DNA of 64,000 nucleotides, taken from the NCBI RefSeq assembly GCF_003334405.1, contig NZ_QOWM01000008.1; one strand, given 5' to 3'. Below, one piece after another: positions 47,145 through 57,338 of the stretch (the stretch's first letter is position 1; the number at the start of each line of letters is the position of its first letter). Position numbers and translations under genes: made by a program. Below the pieces are notes generated by a model. That model made no database searches. It was not told the origin of the DNA and saw nothing but the letters and a program-made list of their open reading frames with translations. The DNA is from Escherichia coli (lineage in GTDB: Bacteria; Pseudomonadota; Gammaproteobacteria; Enterobacterales; Enterobacteriaceae).

Positions 47145-47319
47145 TATTATTTCCAGTGGTTCGTTTATTCCATCGTTCGAGTGCTTCTTTTTCACTTCCA
47201 CCATAGCCGGTTCGGGATTCGCATCCGTTACACTTCGCGCGGTAATATCCTGAAATGGCTTTTACCGTTACTGATAGACAACCACAAAAAGGGCATGGTT
47301 TGACTTTTTCATACCGCAT
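47125..47319 (-). CDS. ralR: restriction-alleviation protein Lar/RalR (toxin of RalR/RalA type I TA)
   Basis: ORF 47125-47334; start taken at MRYEKVKPCPFCG (64 aa); CxxC...CxxC zinc-ribbon. Confidence 0.75.
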   Translation of the reverse strand: MRYEKVKPCPFCGCLSVTVKAISGYYRAKCNGCESRTGYGGSEKEALERWNKRTTGNNNGGVHV

Positions 47320-47382
47320 TGTCTTTTCTCTCATAAAATAAAATTTTGTGATGGCGGTGAGGCTACACCGCCAAAGTCAATA

Positions 47383-48435
47383 TCAGGAGCCGATATATTC
47401 TGGTTTCATATCTGTCAGTGTCGTTTTATACGCCTCATATAATTCACCCAGATGTGGCCGGGCAGCATTCAGCGTATTTTCCAGAGCAGTAAATTTTTGT
47501 TCTGCTTCTGGATCACTTGAAGAAGGTAGGTCATTTATCATCTTCTCGATACGGGCAATAGCATTGAGACGGTGATGACGCTGAACCACTTTTCCTTTAA
47601 GTTCCGTATAGAGAGCGCCAAGTGTATTTTTATGATCTTCCACTTCCTGGCGAAGTGCTGTTGTTTCCCCGGTGCTTTGTGCCTGCTCAATACGTTCACG
47701 GAAAGCATCGATCCAGTTTTCCCCGGCATCCTGCTCAATAATTGTTGTTTCACGTTCAGCGCGGCAAGCGGAAGTGTTTTTATGTTCCTGAACCGGATTA
47801 ATGATTTTTTCCTGTGGCTCGTCCAGTTCGTCCCTGGTGTACACTCCAAGAATCACTTCGGGGCAATAAAGGCGCGCCCAGCGTTTCAGCGCCAGATAGG
47901 CAAGCTGCTGGCGAGGATCGTCGGCCCATAGCGTTGAGTTACGTGTTCTGGCCTGCGCCAGAAGTAATTCCAGTACGCGTGGTTTACTTTCGCCGCGTAG
48001 TGTTGCCTGGACACGAACACCGATCCCGTTTTCATCGGCCAGCTTCCAGCCAGGTACACGATATTCTTTCCCTTTGTCGCTCTTCCTGATTTCAAATTTC
48101 CCGATAATTTTTTCCCACGGCCCGAACCAGTCATATTCAATACGCCCGGTTAGCGGCCCACGAGTACTGATTACGGCATTAACCAGTTGCGCTTCATATC
48201 CGAGCACACCATTCACAACGAAAGTTTTCTGAGCTACTGCGTAAGGGTTCATTTGCCACTGCATCGCCTGCATGGTGATGGCCATGCAGTCTGATGGATT
48301 TCCCCGGAGGTGTTCCGGTACAGTAGCCATGCCGGAAGCCATTACCTGGGAAAATGTCTGAATTGCAGCCAGGGACTGAGGGCTGAAAACCGCAACATTA
48401 GAGTTAATATTTTCTTGTTGAGTTAATTCGTTCAT
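47383..48435 (-). CDS. RecT-family single-strand annealing protein (divergent from K-12 RecT)
   Basis: 350-aa ORF immediately downstream of the recE-like gene; C-terminal region resembles RecT core (LWADDPRQQLAYLALKRWARLY); identity to K-12 RecT not evident. Confidence 0.6.
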   Translation of the reverse strand: MNELTQQENINSNVAVFSPQSLAAIQTFSQVMASGMATVPEHLRGNPSDCMAITMQAMQWQMNPYAVAQKTFVVNGVLGYEAQLVNAVISTRGPLTGRIEYDWFGPWEKIIGKFEIRKSDKGKEYRVPGWKLADENGIGVRVQATLRGESKPRVLELLLAQARTRNSTLWADDPRQQLAYLALKRWARLYCPEVILGVYTRDELDEPQEKIINPVQEHKNTSACRAERETTIIEQDAGENWIDAFRERIEQAQSTGETTALRQEVEDHKNTLGALYTELKGKVVQRHHRLNAIARIEKMINDLPSSSDPEAEQKFTALENTLNAARPHLGELYEAYKTTLTDMKPEYIGS

Positions 48436-48446
48436 TGTGTCCTTCC

Positions 48447-51400
48447 TCAGATGCTCAGTGCTTCAAGACGACGAAGATCAAAGTCGTTTAATTCGTCGGT
48501 ATAACTTTCGGTAATCGGTGCTGGCCAGTTGTTTGTCTCCAGGGCTTCGTTTATCTGGCGTAGCGTCCGGCGATATTCCTGTCGACCAAGTTCCAGGAGT
48601 TCCTGCGAGGCTTCCACGACTGCCACCCAGTGATAGCCAGCATCTTTGTTGACGAAGATCCAGAAAAATTTGTCCAGGTTTGCCACATCGCAATACATTG
48701 CGGCGCTGAGATGATAATCACGTTCAATAATTTCACGGTGCAGGCGATCTTTAAGTCGTTCCTGTCGCACATAACCGAGGCTGACTGACTTCACGTCAGC
48801 GCAAATGCTTTCGTATGGCAGCCGGATTTCGATATCAGGACGGACCCTGATTTCCAGCCCGGTTTCTTCATCAAACCCGAAATAGCTGATTTCAGATTTG
48901 CGATCCGGGTGGTTGAGTAACCTTGCTGCATCGGTATTGTTTTGTAGTGCCGCGTGAATATTTTTTGCCTGTTCATACATATCCGGACTGATAAACGTTT
49001 TCCCGGCGTTTTCTTCTTGCTGGCGTTTTTGCCAGTCCTCCAGAGTCACCAGTTCCGGGCGAATTTGCCGTGCGATTTCGGTTAATTGCTCTTTTGTGCC
49101 ACTGATGTTGTAAGGCAAAGATTTAGCACGTTCTTTTTTTGCTAGTTCTGGGGCTACAGTTTCAATTTGATCCAGAAGCTGCTCCCGTGCTCCACTGGTT
49201 TTCAACAGAGGAGGGAGGCTTGCGTTGTATTCTTTAATACAGGCTTTCATTGCTGATGCTGTGTGTTTTTCCCCCTCAGGAATACGCCGAAATTCCACCG
49301 GAAGCGAACCGTAAAGGATGCCTGTTTCTTCGGCCCCGGCACTTACAGACAGTGGCTGTATAAGAGTGCTGTTGTAGCTTTCGATCCACTCTTTCATCTG
49401 CTCTGGTGTCATCAGTGCTGGCAGACTGGCATTGTGTTTTTTAATGATGGCGATCAGTTCGTTAGAAGTAGTAACCACATATTCAGGAACCGGTACCGGA
49501 ATGGCATATTCATCAGCGAATTTATCCGTTTCCAGAACATAGCTGTGAATGATCCGCCCACGCAGCAGTGCATCACTTTCCTCGTTCGGAATAGTTCCGG
49601 CAATGTGCCGTCCATGGTAATACATCAGGCTGATACGGGCATCCTTCAGCATCGTGCTGCTTATTCCGTTGGCGGAGTGATAAACCTCGTTCGGGAGGTT
49701 TTCATAGCGGCCAGGCTCGAAATATGACGGCCACATGATTTCAGTTGCTACAGGAGCTGACGCTTCACCAGTTTCATCACTGCAATCACGATGCGGATCG
49801 CTGCCAGCATTCTCATTGTGCGGATGTTCAGCGCCTTCCATTTCCTCCGGATCATTTTCCTTAGCTTCAACCTGACTCTCTTCATCGAATGTTTCCTGGT
49901 ATGTTGCGTCGCCCATCACCGCACCACAGTCAGGGCAGTTATCCCCGCCAGTCTGGCCGCAGGCATTGCAGGCTATTTCCGGTTCCTGTTGCACTACTGG
50001 CTCAGGTTGATTCATATCCGGGCTGGTTTTTTCCGTTTCTGGCTGGTTCTGGTACACACAATCGCGAGTCTGGATCCCCTTTACCCATTTCGGATCGTCT
50101 GGGTCGCTAATTCCGTCAACAAATTCACCACGTGATGCAGCAAGCAATTTATCGGCATCGACAGGATTTTTTGATGGAATGTTTTTCCGGGCTTCATGGA
50201 GTTCTGCCCGCAGTTCCTGATATTTCGCATCAACAGAATTTACCTGTGACTGAGCATCCAGCGGCTGCGTGTCCTGATGATGTTCAGTTGCGTCCGGTTC
50301 CATTGTTTCAGCCTCTCCCTGTTCAACTGCCGTTGTTCCAGATGGTTGCGGTTTTTCTTCATCATCCTGTTTTCCTTCTTCTGTTACTCGCTGCGGCATC
50401 GGGGCAGAGGAGCGACCGCAGGCAATATCCACGATTTCCGGATCAGGGTTGGCATGATCGGTTTCAGTCAGTACTTTGTTCAGATATTCAGTGACGTGCG
50501 CGGGGATGACCTCGATCCCAATTGGTGCTTCTTTTACGGACGCAACCACGATGGCGCGGGAATAATCCAGCCCGCCAGGCATGGTGATGAATTTGTCGCG
50601 GAAAACAGAAAAGGGCGGTTTATTTTCAGCGATAATTTCCTCAATGCGTTTAGCGTGTGCCGGATGAAGGTTATAGATGTCCAGATCCATTGAACGGGCC
50701 AGTACGCCAGTGGCTACGTCGCGCGCCAGTGACGTCAGATCGTGTACGAAACCTTCGCCGCGATCGGTGAGGTTTCCGCCGCCAGCATTAGCACCGGAAG
50801 CCGTGCGAGTGATGTGTGAAACACGATTACCCTTCATCCACTCTTTTGTCAGCAGTCCTCGATCGGTGTAGTCAGCGTTCAGGTATGCTTCGAAAAAAGC
50901 AGTTATCAGTCCCAGGTTTGAATTACCAGGATTAGGGAAAACTTTGTCAGTGTCACGAACCAGTTTGTGGAGTTCGCGAATTTCCAGCGGGTCGAGCAGG
51001 CTGGTTTTGTGGGAAACAGCCAGGGCAGTAACAGCCGGTAGTTCTTCAGCCCGAGCAATGTGTAATGCCTGGAGTCCGTCGCGTGAAACGTGCGTTACCG
51101 GTTTTTCGCTGCCGTGTTGAGCAAGCCAACGAATGGGCAGTTCCTGGCCAGAAATTGGGAGTAGCATATTCTCCTCAATCTCAGTCATGTCTTCGCCGTT
51201 GACGTTGGTATTGCCTTGATAGTGAGCGTTGTCTGGTGCTGCTCCCGGTTTTAGTTCCCATGTCATGGAGTCTTTGCTGAGTTGATAGCGTTCACTCCAG
51301 GTAAAATCGATCTCACCTTCAGCGGGCAGGTCATTAACGACAGGAAAATTCGTGGCAACAGCTTTAAAATAGCTGCTCAGTTTTTTACCTGACTTAACGA

Positions 51401-51518
51401 TCAGGTAGTCCAGAGTGGCACAGGTCGATTCAAAATCGTTGCTTGCCCACAGGACGACGTCAGGTTCACCGGATGATTTTTTCGCTTTCCGTAACAGGAA
51501 GAGTGGTTTTGTGCTCAT
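48447..51518 (-). CDS. recE: exodeoxyribonuclease VIII (RecE-like 5'-3' exonuclease), 1023 aa
   Basis: Long ORF with acidic low-complexity centre and conserved C-terminal nuclease region; position between racC and recT. Confidence 0.7.
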   Translation of the reverse strand: MSTKPLFLLRKAKKSSGEPDVVLWASNDFESTCATLDYLIVKSGKKLSSYFKAVATNFPVVNDLPAEGEIDFTWSERYQLSKDSMTWELKPGAAPDNAHYQGNTNVNGEDMTEIEENMLLPISGQELPIRWLAQHGSEKPVTHVSRDGLQALHIARAEELPAVTALAVSHKTSLLDPLEIRELHKLVRDTDKVFPNPGNSNLGLITAFFEAYLNADYTDRGLLTKEWMKGNRVSHITRTASGANAGGGNLTDRGEGFVHDLTSLARDVATGVLARSMDLDIYNLHPAHAKRIEEIIAENKPPFSVFRDKFITMPGGLDYSRAIVVASVKEAPIGIEVIPAHVTEYLNKVLTETDHANPDPEIVDIACGRSSAPMPQRVTEEGKQDDEEKPQPSGTTAVEQGEAETMEPDATEHHQDTQPLDAQSQVNSVDAKYQELRAELHEARKNIPSKNPVDADKLLAASRGEFVDGISDPDDPKWVKGIQTRDCVYQNQPETEKTSPDMNQPEPVVQQEPEIACNACGQTGGDNCPDCGAVMGDATYQETFDEESQVEAKENDPEEMEGAEHPHNENAGSDPHRDCSDETGEASAPVATEIMWPSYFEPGRYENLPNEVYHSANGISSTMLKDARISLMYYHGRHIAGTIPNEESDALLRGRIIHSYVLETDKFADEYAIPVPVPEYVVTTSNELIAIIKKHNASLPALMTPEQMKEWIESYNSTLIQPLSVSAGAEETGILYGSLPVEFRRIPEGEKHTASAMKACIKEYNASLPPLLKTSGAREQLLDQIETVAPELAKKERAKSLPYNISGTKEQLTEIARQIRPELVTLEDWQKRQQEENAGKTFISPDMYEQAKNIHAALQNNTDAARLLNHPDRKSEISYFGFDEETGLEIRVRPDIEIRLPYESICADVKSVSLGYVRQERLKDRLHREIIERDYHLSAAMYCDVANLDKFFWIFVNKDAGYHWVAVVEASQELLELGRQEYRRTLRQINEALETNNWPAPITESYTDELNDFDLRRLEALSI

Positions 51519-51619
51519 TGTTTTTTAACCTCAACTCAGATTAAAATTCGTTTTGTTCAGTGAATGATCTTGCCGGATACACACTGTTCATAGCCTGCGC
51601 CATACGCAGGCTATTTCTT

Positions 51620-51895
51620 TCAGATTTCACCTTTTAATTTCATTGCAATTAGAGTTGCCAGAAATTCGGCTTTTTTTTCTGTGGGCAGATTCTTTCCGAT
51701 ATGCACCAGGCACATTTTTTTGACACCTTCATCAAGTGTTTTTACGTTGCCTGATGGACCATCGATATCAACCACAGTGAATGGGGTTTCTTTATTTTCT
51801 GTTTTAATTACGTAGCCAATGCGCTTTCCTTCCAGATTCACCTCGTGAACAATGTCATCGGTAGTTACAACAGTGGCTTCATAATTGGTAATCAT
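51620..51895 (-). CDS. racC: Rac prophage protein RacC
   Basis: ORF 51620-51943; start taken at MITNYEATVVTTDDIVHEV (91 aa). Confidence 0.8.
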   Translation of the reverse strand: MITNYEATVVTTDDIVHEVNLEGKRIGYVIKTENKETPFTVVDIDGPSGNVKTLDEGVKKMCLVHIGKNLPTEKKAEFLATLIAMKLKGEI

Positions 51896-51969
51896 GTTTT
51901 TCTCCTTAATTAAGGTTGAGCGAATACCTGCCATTTCTGGCATAAATTCAGTTTCGAATAGTCAATTAA

Positions 51970-52140
51970 TTAAAGTTCATGTGCCATCTGGTCTTTTTCG
52001 GCACAAGCTTCACTGCAATATTTTCTCGGTTCGTCTTTTGATAAAATCCCGTGCATGAAGTGAAGCATTCTTTCAATAGCTTTGCTTTCTTCAACGTCTT
52101 TTTTGCAAAGGTGGTAAGCACATTTTATTTTCTTAGTCAT
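51970..52140 (-). CDS. ydaE: small zinc-binding protein YdaE (56 aa)
   Basis: My translation: [14 protein letters not shown]...KYCSEACAEKDQMAHEL with two Cys pairs; ATG overlaps kilR stop (ATGA); not in the supplied ORF track (below size cut-off). Confidence 0.65.
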   Translation of the reverse strand: MTKKIKCAYHLCKKDVEESKAIERMLHFMHGILSKDEPRKYCSEACAEKDQMAHEL

Positions 52141-52361
52141 CACCATGACTCCGCCTTTACAGGTAAACCATCACGACCGAGGAAGACTTTAATCATGCGG
52201 TCAGTAATGCATGTTTTTGTGGTCAGGTTACGAATATATAGTTTTCGCTTTTTAATATTGTTTGCCGAGGCAATATATGTCCGGCCTTCATGAAGAACAT
52301 AATCGCCAGGAGTCACACACTGACGTGGTATTTCATCAGTTCCGAAGTGATGTGCAATCAT
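52140..52361 (-). CDS. kilR: FtsZ inhibitor KilR
   Basis: ORF 52140-52373; start taken at [14 protein letters not shown] (73 aa). Confidence 0.8.
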   Translation of the reverse strand: MIAHHFGTDEIPRQCVTPGDYVLHEGRTYIASANNIKKRKLYIRNLTTKTCITDRMIKVFLGRDGLPVKAESW

Positions 52362-52802
52362 AATTATCTCCATTTTTACAAATGAACTTTGTTGATGCGG
52401 TGCCTGGTGCCTCCAGGTGACTGCAACCAGTTAACAATTACAGTCGGCTTTCCCACCCAAACCAATAAGGACTAACATGACTTTTAACTGTGCCACGTGC
52501 GCTTAGCCGCATTCACCGCATCACAAAATTCACTTTAAAAAGGGCGGACATCAGCCGAACTTCAAGAAAAAAACTGATGCCGCCAGGACTACACACAGCA
52601 ATGTCGTTATTTACAACCGGAGGCGCACTCCCACCATTTAAATTTAACAGACAAGACCGACTCTTTATGGATATCGGAAATGCGCCTTCGTGTTGTGCCC
52701 GGTTTTATTTCACCACCTCCGGGCTTCGGTGGTCTCGGCTATACCCCTACAGCGAGAGCTTGTGTTAACATTTCAATACCCTTACAGTTGAGAGTTATTG
52801 AT

Positions 52803-53291
52803 ATGTTGGATGTATTTACTCCATTGTTGAAACTTTTTGCTAACGAGCCACTCGAAAGACTTATGTATACGATTATCATTTTTGGTCTCACTCTCTGGCT
52901 GATACCGAAAGAGTTTACTGTCGCATTCAATGCTTATACTGAAATACCTTGGCTCTTTCAGATTATCGTTTTTGCCTTTTCTTTCGTGGTCGCCATTTCC
53001 TTCTCAAGATTGCGAGCACATATTCAAAAGCATTATTCATTACTACCAGAGCAACGAGTATTGCTTCGTTTATCTGAGAAAGAAATCGCTGTATTTAAAG
53101 ATTTCCTTAAAACAGGAAATCTTATTATCACTTCTCCTTGCCGTAACCCGGTTATGAAAAAATTAGAACGGAAGGGCATCATTCAACATCAGAGTGATAG
53201 CGCAAACTGTTCTTATTATCTCGTCACCGAAAAATACTCCCATTTTATGAAGTTATTCTGGAACAGCAGGAGTAGACGTTTTAATCGTTAG
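52803..53291 (+). CDS. sieB: superinfection exclusion protein B
   Basis: ORF 52680-53291; start taken at MLDVFTPLLKLF (162 aa); two hydrophobic helices. Confidence 0.8.
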   Translation: MLDVFTPLLKLFANEPLERLMYTIIIFGLTLWLIPKEFTVAFNAYTEIPWLFQIIVFAFSFVVAISFSRLRAHIQKHYSLLPEQRVLLRLSEKEIAVFKDFLKTGNLIITSPCRNPVMKKLERKGIIQHQSDSANCSYYLVTEKYSHFMKLFWNSRSRRFNR

Positions 53292-53443
53292 CTTACTGTG
53301 TGCTTCTCCAACCATCGGCGCGCACCAGTTTCGGTTTTAAATGTTTTGCTTTTGGTATACGTCATGGCAGTGAACGTTCCATCCTGGTTGGGGAACACGC
53401 CGCACACCAGGGATTCGTTGTTGCCGAGGTCGATTTTTTGCAT
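53288..53443 (-). CDS. ydaF: Rac prophage small protein (51 aa)
   Basis: My translation MQKIDLGNNESLVCGVFPNQDGTFTAMTYTKSKTF...; convergent with sieB (4-nt overlap). Confidence 0.55.
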   Translation of the reverse strand: MQKIDLGNNESLVCGVFPNQDGTFTAMTYTKSKTFKTETGARRWLEKHTVS

Positions 53444-53453
53444 TTTGCGAATC

Positions 53454-53588
53454 TCACATCTTGTTGCTACGTATAGCGACTTCTGCCTGCCAGAGATCCC
53501 AGTCGTTGCTGCGTAAAGCCTGCACAGCCTGGTTGTAAGTGATACCGCAACAATCCATCAAATACTGAACTACTTCGTAATGCACCAT
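53454..53588 (-). CDS. ydaG: Rac prophage small protein (44 aa)
   Basis: ORF 53454-53660; start taken at MVHYEVVQYLMDCCGITYNQ. Confidence 0.55.
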   Translation of the reverse strand: MVHYEVVQYLMDCCGITYNQAVQALRSNDWDLWQAEVAIRSNKM

Positions 53589-54059
53589 CTTATCTATCCC
53601 CTTAACGCCGGGTGTACAAATTTTGCGTTCAGCGGAAAACCTGGTACCGGGAAGAACCACTTAGCGGCAGCTATCGGGAATCGCCTGCTGAAAGACGGTC
53701 AGACAGTGATTGTGGTTACCGTGGCTGATGTTATGAGTGCCCTGCACGCCAGCTATGACGACGGGCAGTCAGGCGAAAAATTTTTGCGGGAACTGTGCGA
53801 AGTGGATCTGCTGGTTCTTGATGAAATTGGCATTCAGCGCGAGACGAAAAACGAGCAGGTGGTACTGCACCAGATTGTTGATCGCCGGACAGCGTCGATG
53901 CGCAGCGTGGGGATGCTGACAAACCTGAACTATGAGGCCATGAAAACATTGCTTGGCGAGCGGATTATGGATCGCATGACCATGAACGGCGGGCGATGGG
54001 TGAATTTCAACTGGGAGAGCTGGCGTCCGAATGTCGTCCAGCCAGGAATTGCGAAGTAA
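53580..54059 (+). pseudogene. ydaV: 5'-truncated DnaC-like helicase loader (YdaV-like)
   Basis: ORF matches DnaC only from the Walker A box onward (FSGKPGTGKNHLAAAIG ... DLLVLDEIG); about 90-100 N-terminal codons absent; upstream sequence is the ydaG start. Confidence 0.65.
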
Positions 54060-54081
54060 TTTTTACCGGGAGAAAAATTTA

Positions 54082-54843
54082 ATGGAGACTGTTTTTGACG
54101 TACTGAAAGCAATGGGAAAAGCCACATCCATAGAACTTGCTGCGCGACTTGATATCAGTCGTGAAGAAGTGCTGAACGAACTATGGGAACTGAAAAAGGC
54201 TGGTTTCGTTGATAAAAGCGCGTACACCTGGCGTGTGGCTGATAACAACGTTCAGCAGGAACAGCCAGCGCCGGCAGAACTGCCGGAAGAAACTACCACG
54301 GCAACAGTCGCGAAAATTTCAGAGAGCGATTTAACTGCGACGATTGAACAACGTGGACCACAAACGGCGGATGAGCTGGCTACATTGTTTGGTACCACAT
54401 CACGCAAAGTGGCTTCAACGCTGGCAATGGCAATCAGCAAAGGTCGTCTGCTTCGCGTAAATCAGGGCGGTAAATTTCGTTACTGCATACCGGGCGATAA
54501 TTTACCAGCAGAGCCGAAAGCAGCATCGGTAGCGGAAACTGCTGGTAAGGCCTTTCCTCAGCCCGCAGGTGTTGCGTTACCAGTACAGGAGGCTGCAACA
54601 CAGGAAGATATTAAAACAGAAACTGTGGCGGACATTGTGCAGTCGCTGCCATCGTTTACTGAAACGCGAGCGGATGACCTGGTTTTACCATCACTGCATA
54701 TGGCAAACCGCGAACTGCGTCGGGCGAAAAATCATGTCCAGAAGTGGGAGCGTGTCTGCGCCGCGCTGCGGGAGCTGAACAAGCACAGGGATATTGTACG
54801 ACAGATTACTGATTCTTCCCGCCATGTTGCATCGGAAAAGTGA
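54082..54843 (+). CDS. prophage protein, YdaW/DUF1627-like (winged-helix N-terminus)
   Basis: ORF 54031-54843; start taken at [16 protein letters not shown] after GAGAAA SD. Confidence 0.55.
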   Translation: METVFDVLKAMGKATSIELAARLDISREEVLNELWELKKAGFVDKSAYTWRVADNNVQQEQPAPAELPEETTTATVAKISESDLTATIEQRGPQTADELATLFGTTSRKVASTLAMAISKGRLLRVNQGGKFRYCIPGDNLPAEPKAASVAETAGKAFPQPAGVALPVQEAATQEDIKTETVADIVQSLPSFTETRADDLVLPSLHMANRELRRAKNHVQKWERVCAALRELNKHRDIVRQITDSSRHVASEK

Positions 54844-54858
54844 TTGCCGGAGGCACCT

Positions 54859-55281
54859 ATGGCAAAAGTATTTACACCAGAAGAGCGGGAAAAAATTAAA
54901 GGGCAGGTTGTTGAACTTGTACGTCTGAGCGGTCGCGAGACGTTACGGGCTCTGGAGGCTAAAACCGGTGCATCAAGGTATTACATAAGCACTCTCGCCA
55001 GAGAACTGGTCGCCAGTGGTGATGTTTACAATTCAGGCTACGGATTATTCCCGTCTGAGCAGGCGCGTAAAGACTGGCAAAACGCCCGCAAAAAACTATC
55101 AAGGGCAAAGGTGAAGAAACCGGTTGTGGTTGATCCTGACCTTATCTGGTCATTACCAGACGGAGAAATACGCCGTTACGACAGGCGTCTGAACATAATC
55201 TGTCGCGAGTGCCTGAAGAGAGAAGTTATGCAGCGTGTACTTGCGTTCTACCATGGAAATATTCAGGAGGTTGTGTGGTGA
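54859..55281 (+). CDS. hypothetical prophage protein (140 aa)
   Basis: ORF 54844-55281; ATG 6 nt after GGAGG; no recognised domain. Confidence 0.5.
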   Translation: MAKVFTPEEREKIKGQVVELVRLSGRETLRALEAKTGASRYYISTLARELVASGDVYNSGYGLFPSEQARKDWQNARKKLSRAKVKKPVVVDPDLIWSLPDGEIRRYDRRLNIICRECLKREVMQRVLAFYHGNIQEVVW

Positions 55282-55455
55282 ACAAGATTAACTATCCGTG
55301 GGTAGTCGCTGTCAATGCTTTACTTGCTGAAGTTCGGGCGGGCGCATTTAACGATCTTTGCGCGGAACAACTTCGTACGCATGAATAATTAAGTTAGCAC
55401 TGTAAATAAAATTTAATCCTTAGCCGGAGGTATTTCTGCACCCTCATAAAATCAG

Positions 55456-55487
55456 GAAACCGCCCGAAAGGGCGGTGGTTTCATTGT
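55456..55487. terminator. hairpin terminator at 3' end of the two-gene AT-rich operon
   Basis: accgccc-gaaa-gggcggt stem-loop directly after stop codon of the 184-aa gene. Confidence 0.6.
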
Positions 55488-56042
55488 TTAACTATCTAAT
55501 ATTGTGCTAAATCTTTTTATAACCATCAAGAATGTTACTACGGTAAAAAAGAAGGATGAGTATGCTAAATAACTGATTATGTAAGCAGGGGTTGCGAAAT
55601 ACCATTTTTTTAATTCACTTGGGGTTTCTGGGAGAAAATATATTGCAACCGAAAAAATAACTAACGCTACAGATGTTAATATAGCATAAGAAACATTGTG
55701 ACATAATTGCTCATATACGGTTTTATTATTATTTAAAATTATTAGATTTGAACGTGGTTTGTTGTTTTCCTCAATGTCTGAAATTTTAAATACAGTTTTT
55801 TGTTTTTGATCGTAGATCATAATAACCGCGCTCATTAACAGTGCGGTAGTAATTGCTCCAAAGTTAACAAAAACAGATGCGATAGAGGTTTTCATTATCC
55901 CATAGGTAAAACATATGATTAATGATAATGTAAGAGGAATAATGAAGTGTATTGCGATGTCTTCGAGTAAAATATTTCCGCGTTGATCCGACATTGTTGT
56001 GTAATGTTTTTTTATTACACTCATTACGTTAATCTTGTTCAT
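55488..56042 (-). CDS. four-helix integral membrane protein (184 aa), candidate RexB-like effector
   Basis: Four hydrophobic segments (about 22 residues each); ATG overlaps upstream stop (ATGA); SD GGGGGA; very low GC. Confidence 0.6.
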   Translation of the reverse strand: MNKINVMSVIKKHYTTMSDQRGNILLEDIAIHFIIPLTLSLIICFTYGIMKTSIASVFVNFGAITTALLMSAVIMIYDQKQKTVFKISDIEENNKPRSNLIILNNNKTVYEQLCHNVSYAILTSVALVIFSVAIYFLPETPSELKKWYFATPAYIISYLAYSSFFFTVVTFLMVIKRFSTILDS

Positions 56043-56971
56043 ATTTTTAATCCCCCATTACCACTATGTAACTCACTTAGTATATCATTCGCAATGATTT
56101 TAACAGTGTCATGAAGTGCTTTAAGATCGGGGATTCCTGTAGATGCGTTTATGTTTAAGTCGTTATCATCTAATTCGGCAGAAATTCCTTTTCTTAAGAT
56201 GGTGTCGTAATTAAAAATGACTGTTCTATTGCCTAATTGTAAACTAACTTTTATTGCGTCACACTTATCTTCAATTATTTCTATTATATTTCCTAGTTTT
56301 TTGTCTTTTAAGTCTTTAAAACTACCAAATACGCCTTGATTTGCTTTTATTACCAAATCGGTTTTGATGTTTGTTTTGTTATTTCCGAATGAATCCGTGA
56401 TGTCCTTTGGTGCTTTGTAACCTTGGGCTTTTATTTGTTTTAATTCTGAATCAAGGATGTGTTGGGGGATTTTTTTGTGGCAAAGAGGATTGATTCTCGC
56501 TTCAAGTTTATATTTTGTTTTCAAGTGGTCTAGTAATGCATCAGAGAGTGTGCTGCGAGCAGAAATATTGTCATTAGCGTGAAATGCTATAATCCCTTCT
56601 TCTAAATTGTCTGGCAAAAATATTAAAATGTAACGCTGTTTGAGAGTTACATCGTTGATAGTTGTTGTATAACGTATTTTAGTAAGTTTATCGTCTTTTA
56701 TTTCACTGCTCTCACCATATTTCCCAACCTTTACATATCCATATATTACTTGGTTTTGAGCATCAAAGGTGAGTGATGTGTGTTGTTCAAGAGAAACCTT
56801 TGTTTTCGAGAGACCAAATTCAATAGGTGTGTTTTTATAGCTATTAAAATACTCAACAAATAATTCATATGCTGTTTTTTTATCGCTTAAACCTAGGTTG
56901 TTTAGTCTTTTGCTGGTTCGGCTGCCCTTGTGGGTTAACACACGGAATGAATAGAAGTTAACGCTGTGCAT
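56039..56971 (-). CDS. soluble 310-aa protein of unknown function, candidate RexA-like sensor
   Basis: ORF with AAGGA SD; Lys/Asn-rich, low GC; N-terminus MHSVNFYSFRVLTHKGSRTSKRLNNL resembles lambda RexA N-terminus as I recall it (unverified). Confidence 0.55.
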   Translation of the reverse strand: MHSVNFYSFRVLTHKGSRTSKRLNNLGLSDKKTAYELFVEYFNSYKNTPIEFGLSKTKVSLEQHTSLTFDAQNQVIYGYVKVGKYGESSEIKDDKLTKIRYTTTINDVTLKQRYILIFLPDNLEEGIIAFHANDNISARSTLSDALLDHLKTKYKLEARINPLCHKKIPQHILDSELKQIKAQGYKAPKDITDSFGNNKTNIKTDLVIKANQGVFGSFKDLKDKKLGNIIEIIEDKCDAIKVSLQLGNRTVIFNYDTILRKGISAELDDNDLNINASTGIPDLKALHDTVKIIANDILSELHSGNGGLKI

Positions 56972-57338
56972 GAAAAGTCCTTTTGAACATATAGGAATAT
57001 ATTAGAGCATGAATGTGTGCAATGCATAAAAGAAAAAGCTACCGCAAGGCGACTCCACCCACAGATAGCTCTTAATTGATTGTTTGTAAAAAATAATACA
57101 TTAATTATCTTCTGTGTAAAGAGGGAAACAGCCTTAGGGTAAGGGACACGAGTTGGGGGGATTGGTGAAATTTGCGTTGAGGATAAAACGATTTGCGGGA
57201 AAAGGATAGTTAAGTAGAATTGCTGCGGGTGCTTGAGGCTGTCTGCCTCGGGCATGAACACCAAAGGCAGATAGAGAAAAGCCCCAGTTAACATTACGCG
57301 TCCGGCAAGACGCTTAACATTAATCTGAGGCCACATCT

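Noticed and set aside
49263-50693. Multiple 73-154-aa plus-strand ORFs inside the recE-like gene
   Set aside because: Antisense shadow ORFs within a continuous 1023-codon gene.
51970-52140. Apparent +1 frameshift in ydaE at a T-run (around 52078-52083)
   Set aside because: Came from my own mis-transcription across a line break; on re-reading, the run is three T and the 56-codon ORF is intact with a proper TAA stop.
52680-52802. N-terminal extension of sieB in the ORF track
   Set aside because: Extension is GC-rich and non-membrane-like; SieB recognised from MLDVFTPLL, so the internal Met is taken as the start.
56935-57336. 133-aa minus-strand ORF in the spacer upstream of the 310-aa gene
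   Set aside because: Overlaps the start and RBS of the 310-aa gene and the hok leader; hydrophobic nonsense composition and no SD; more likely promoter/antisense RNA territory.
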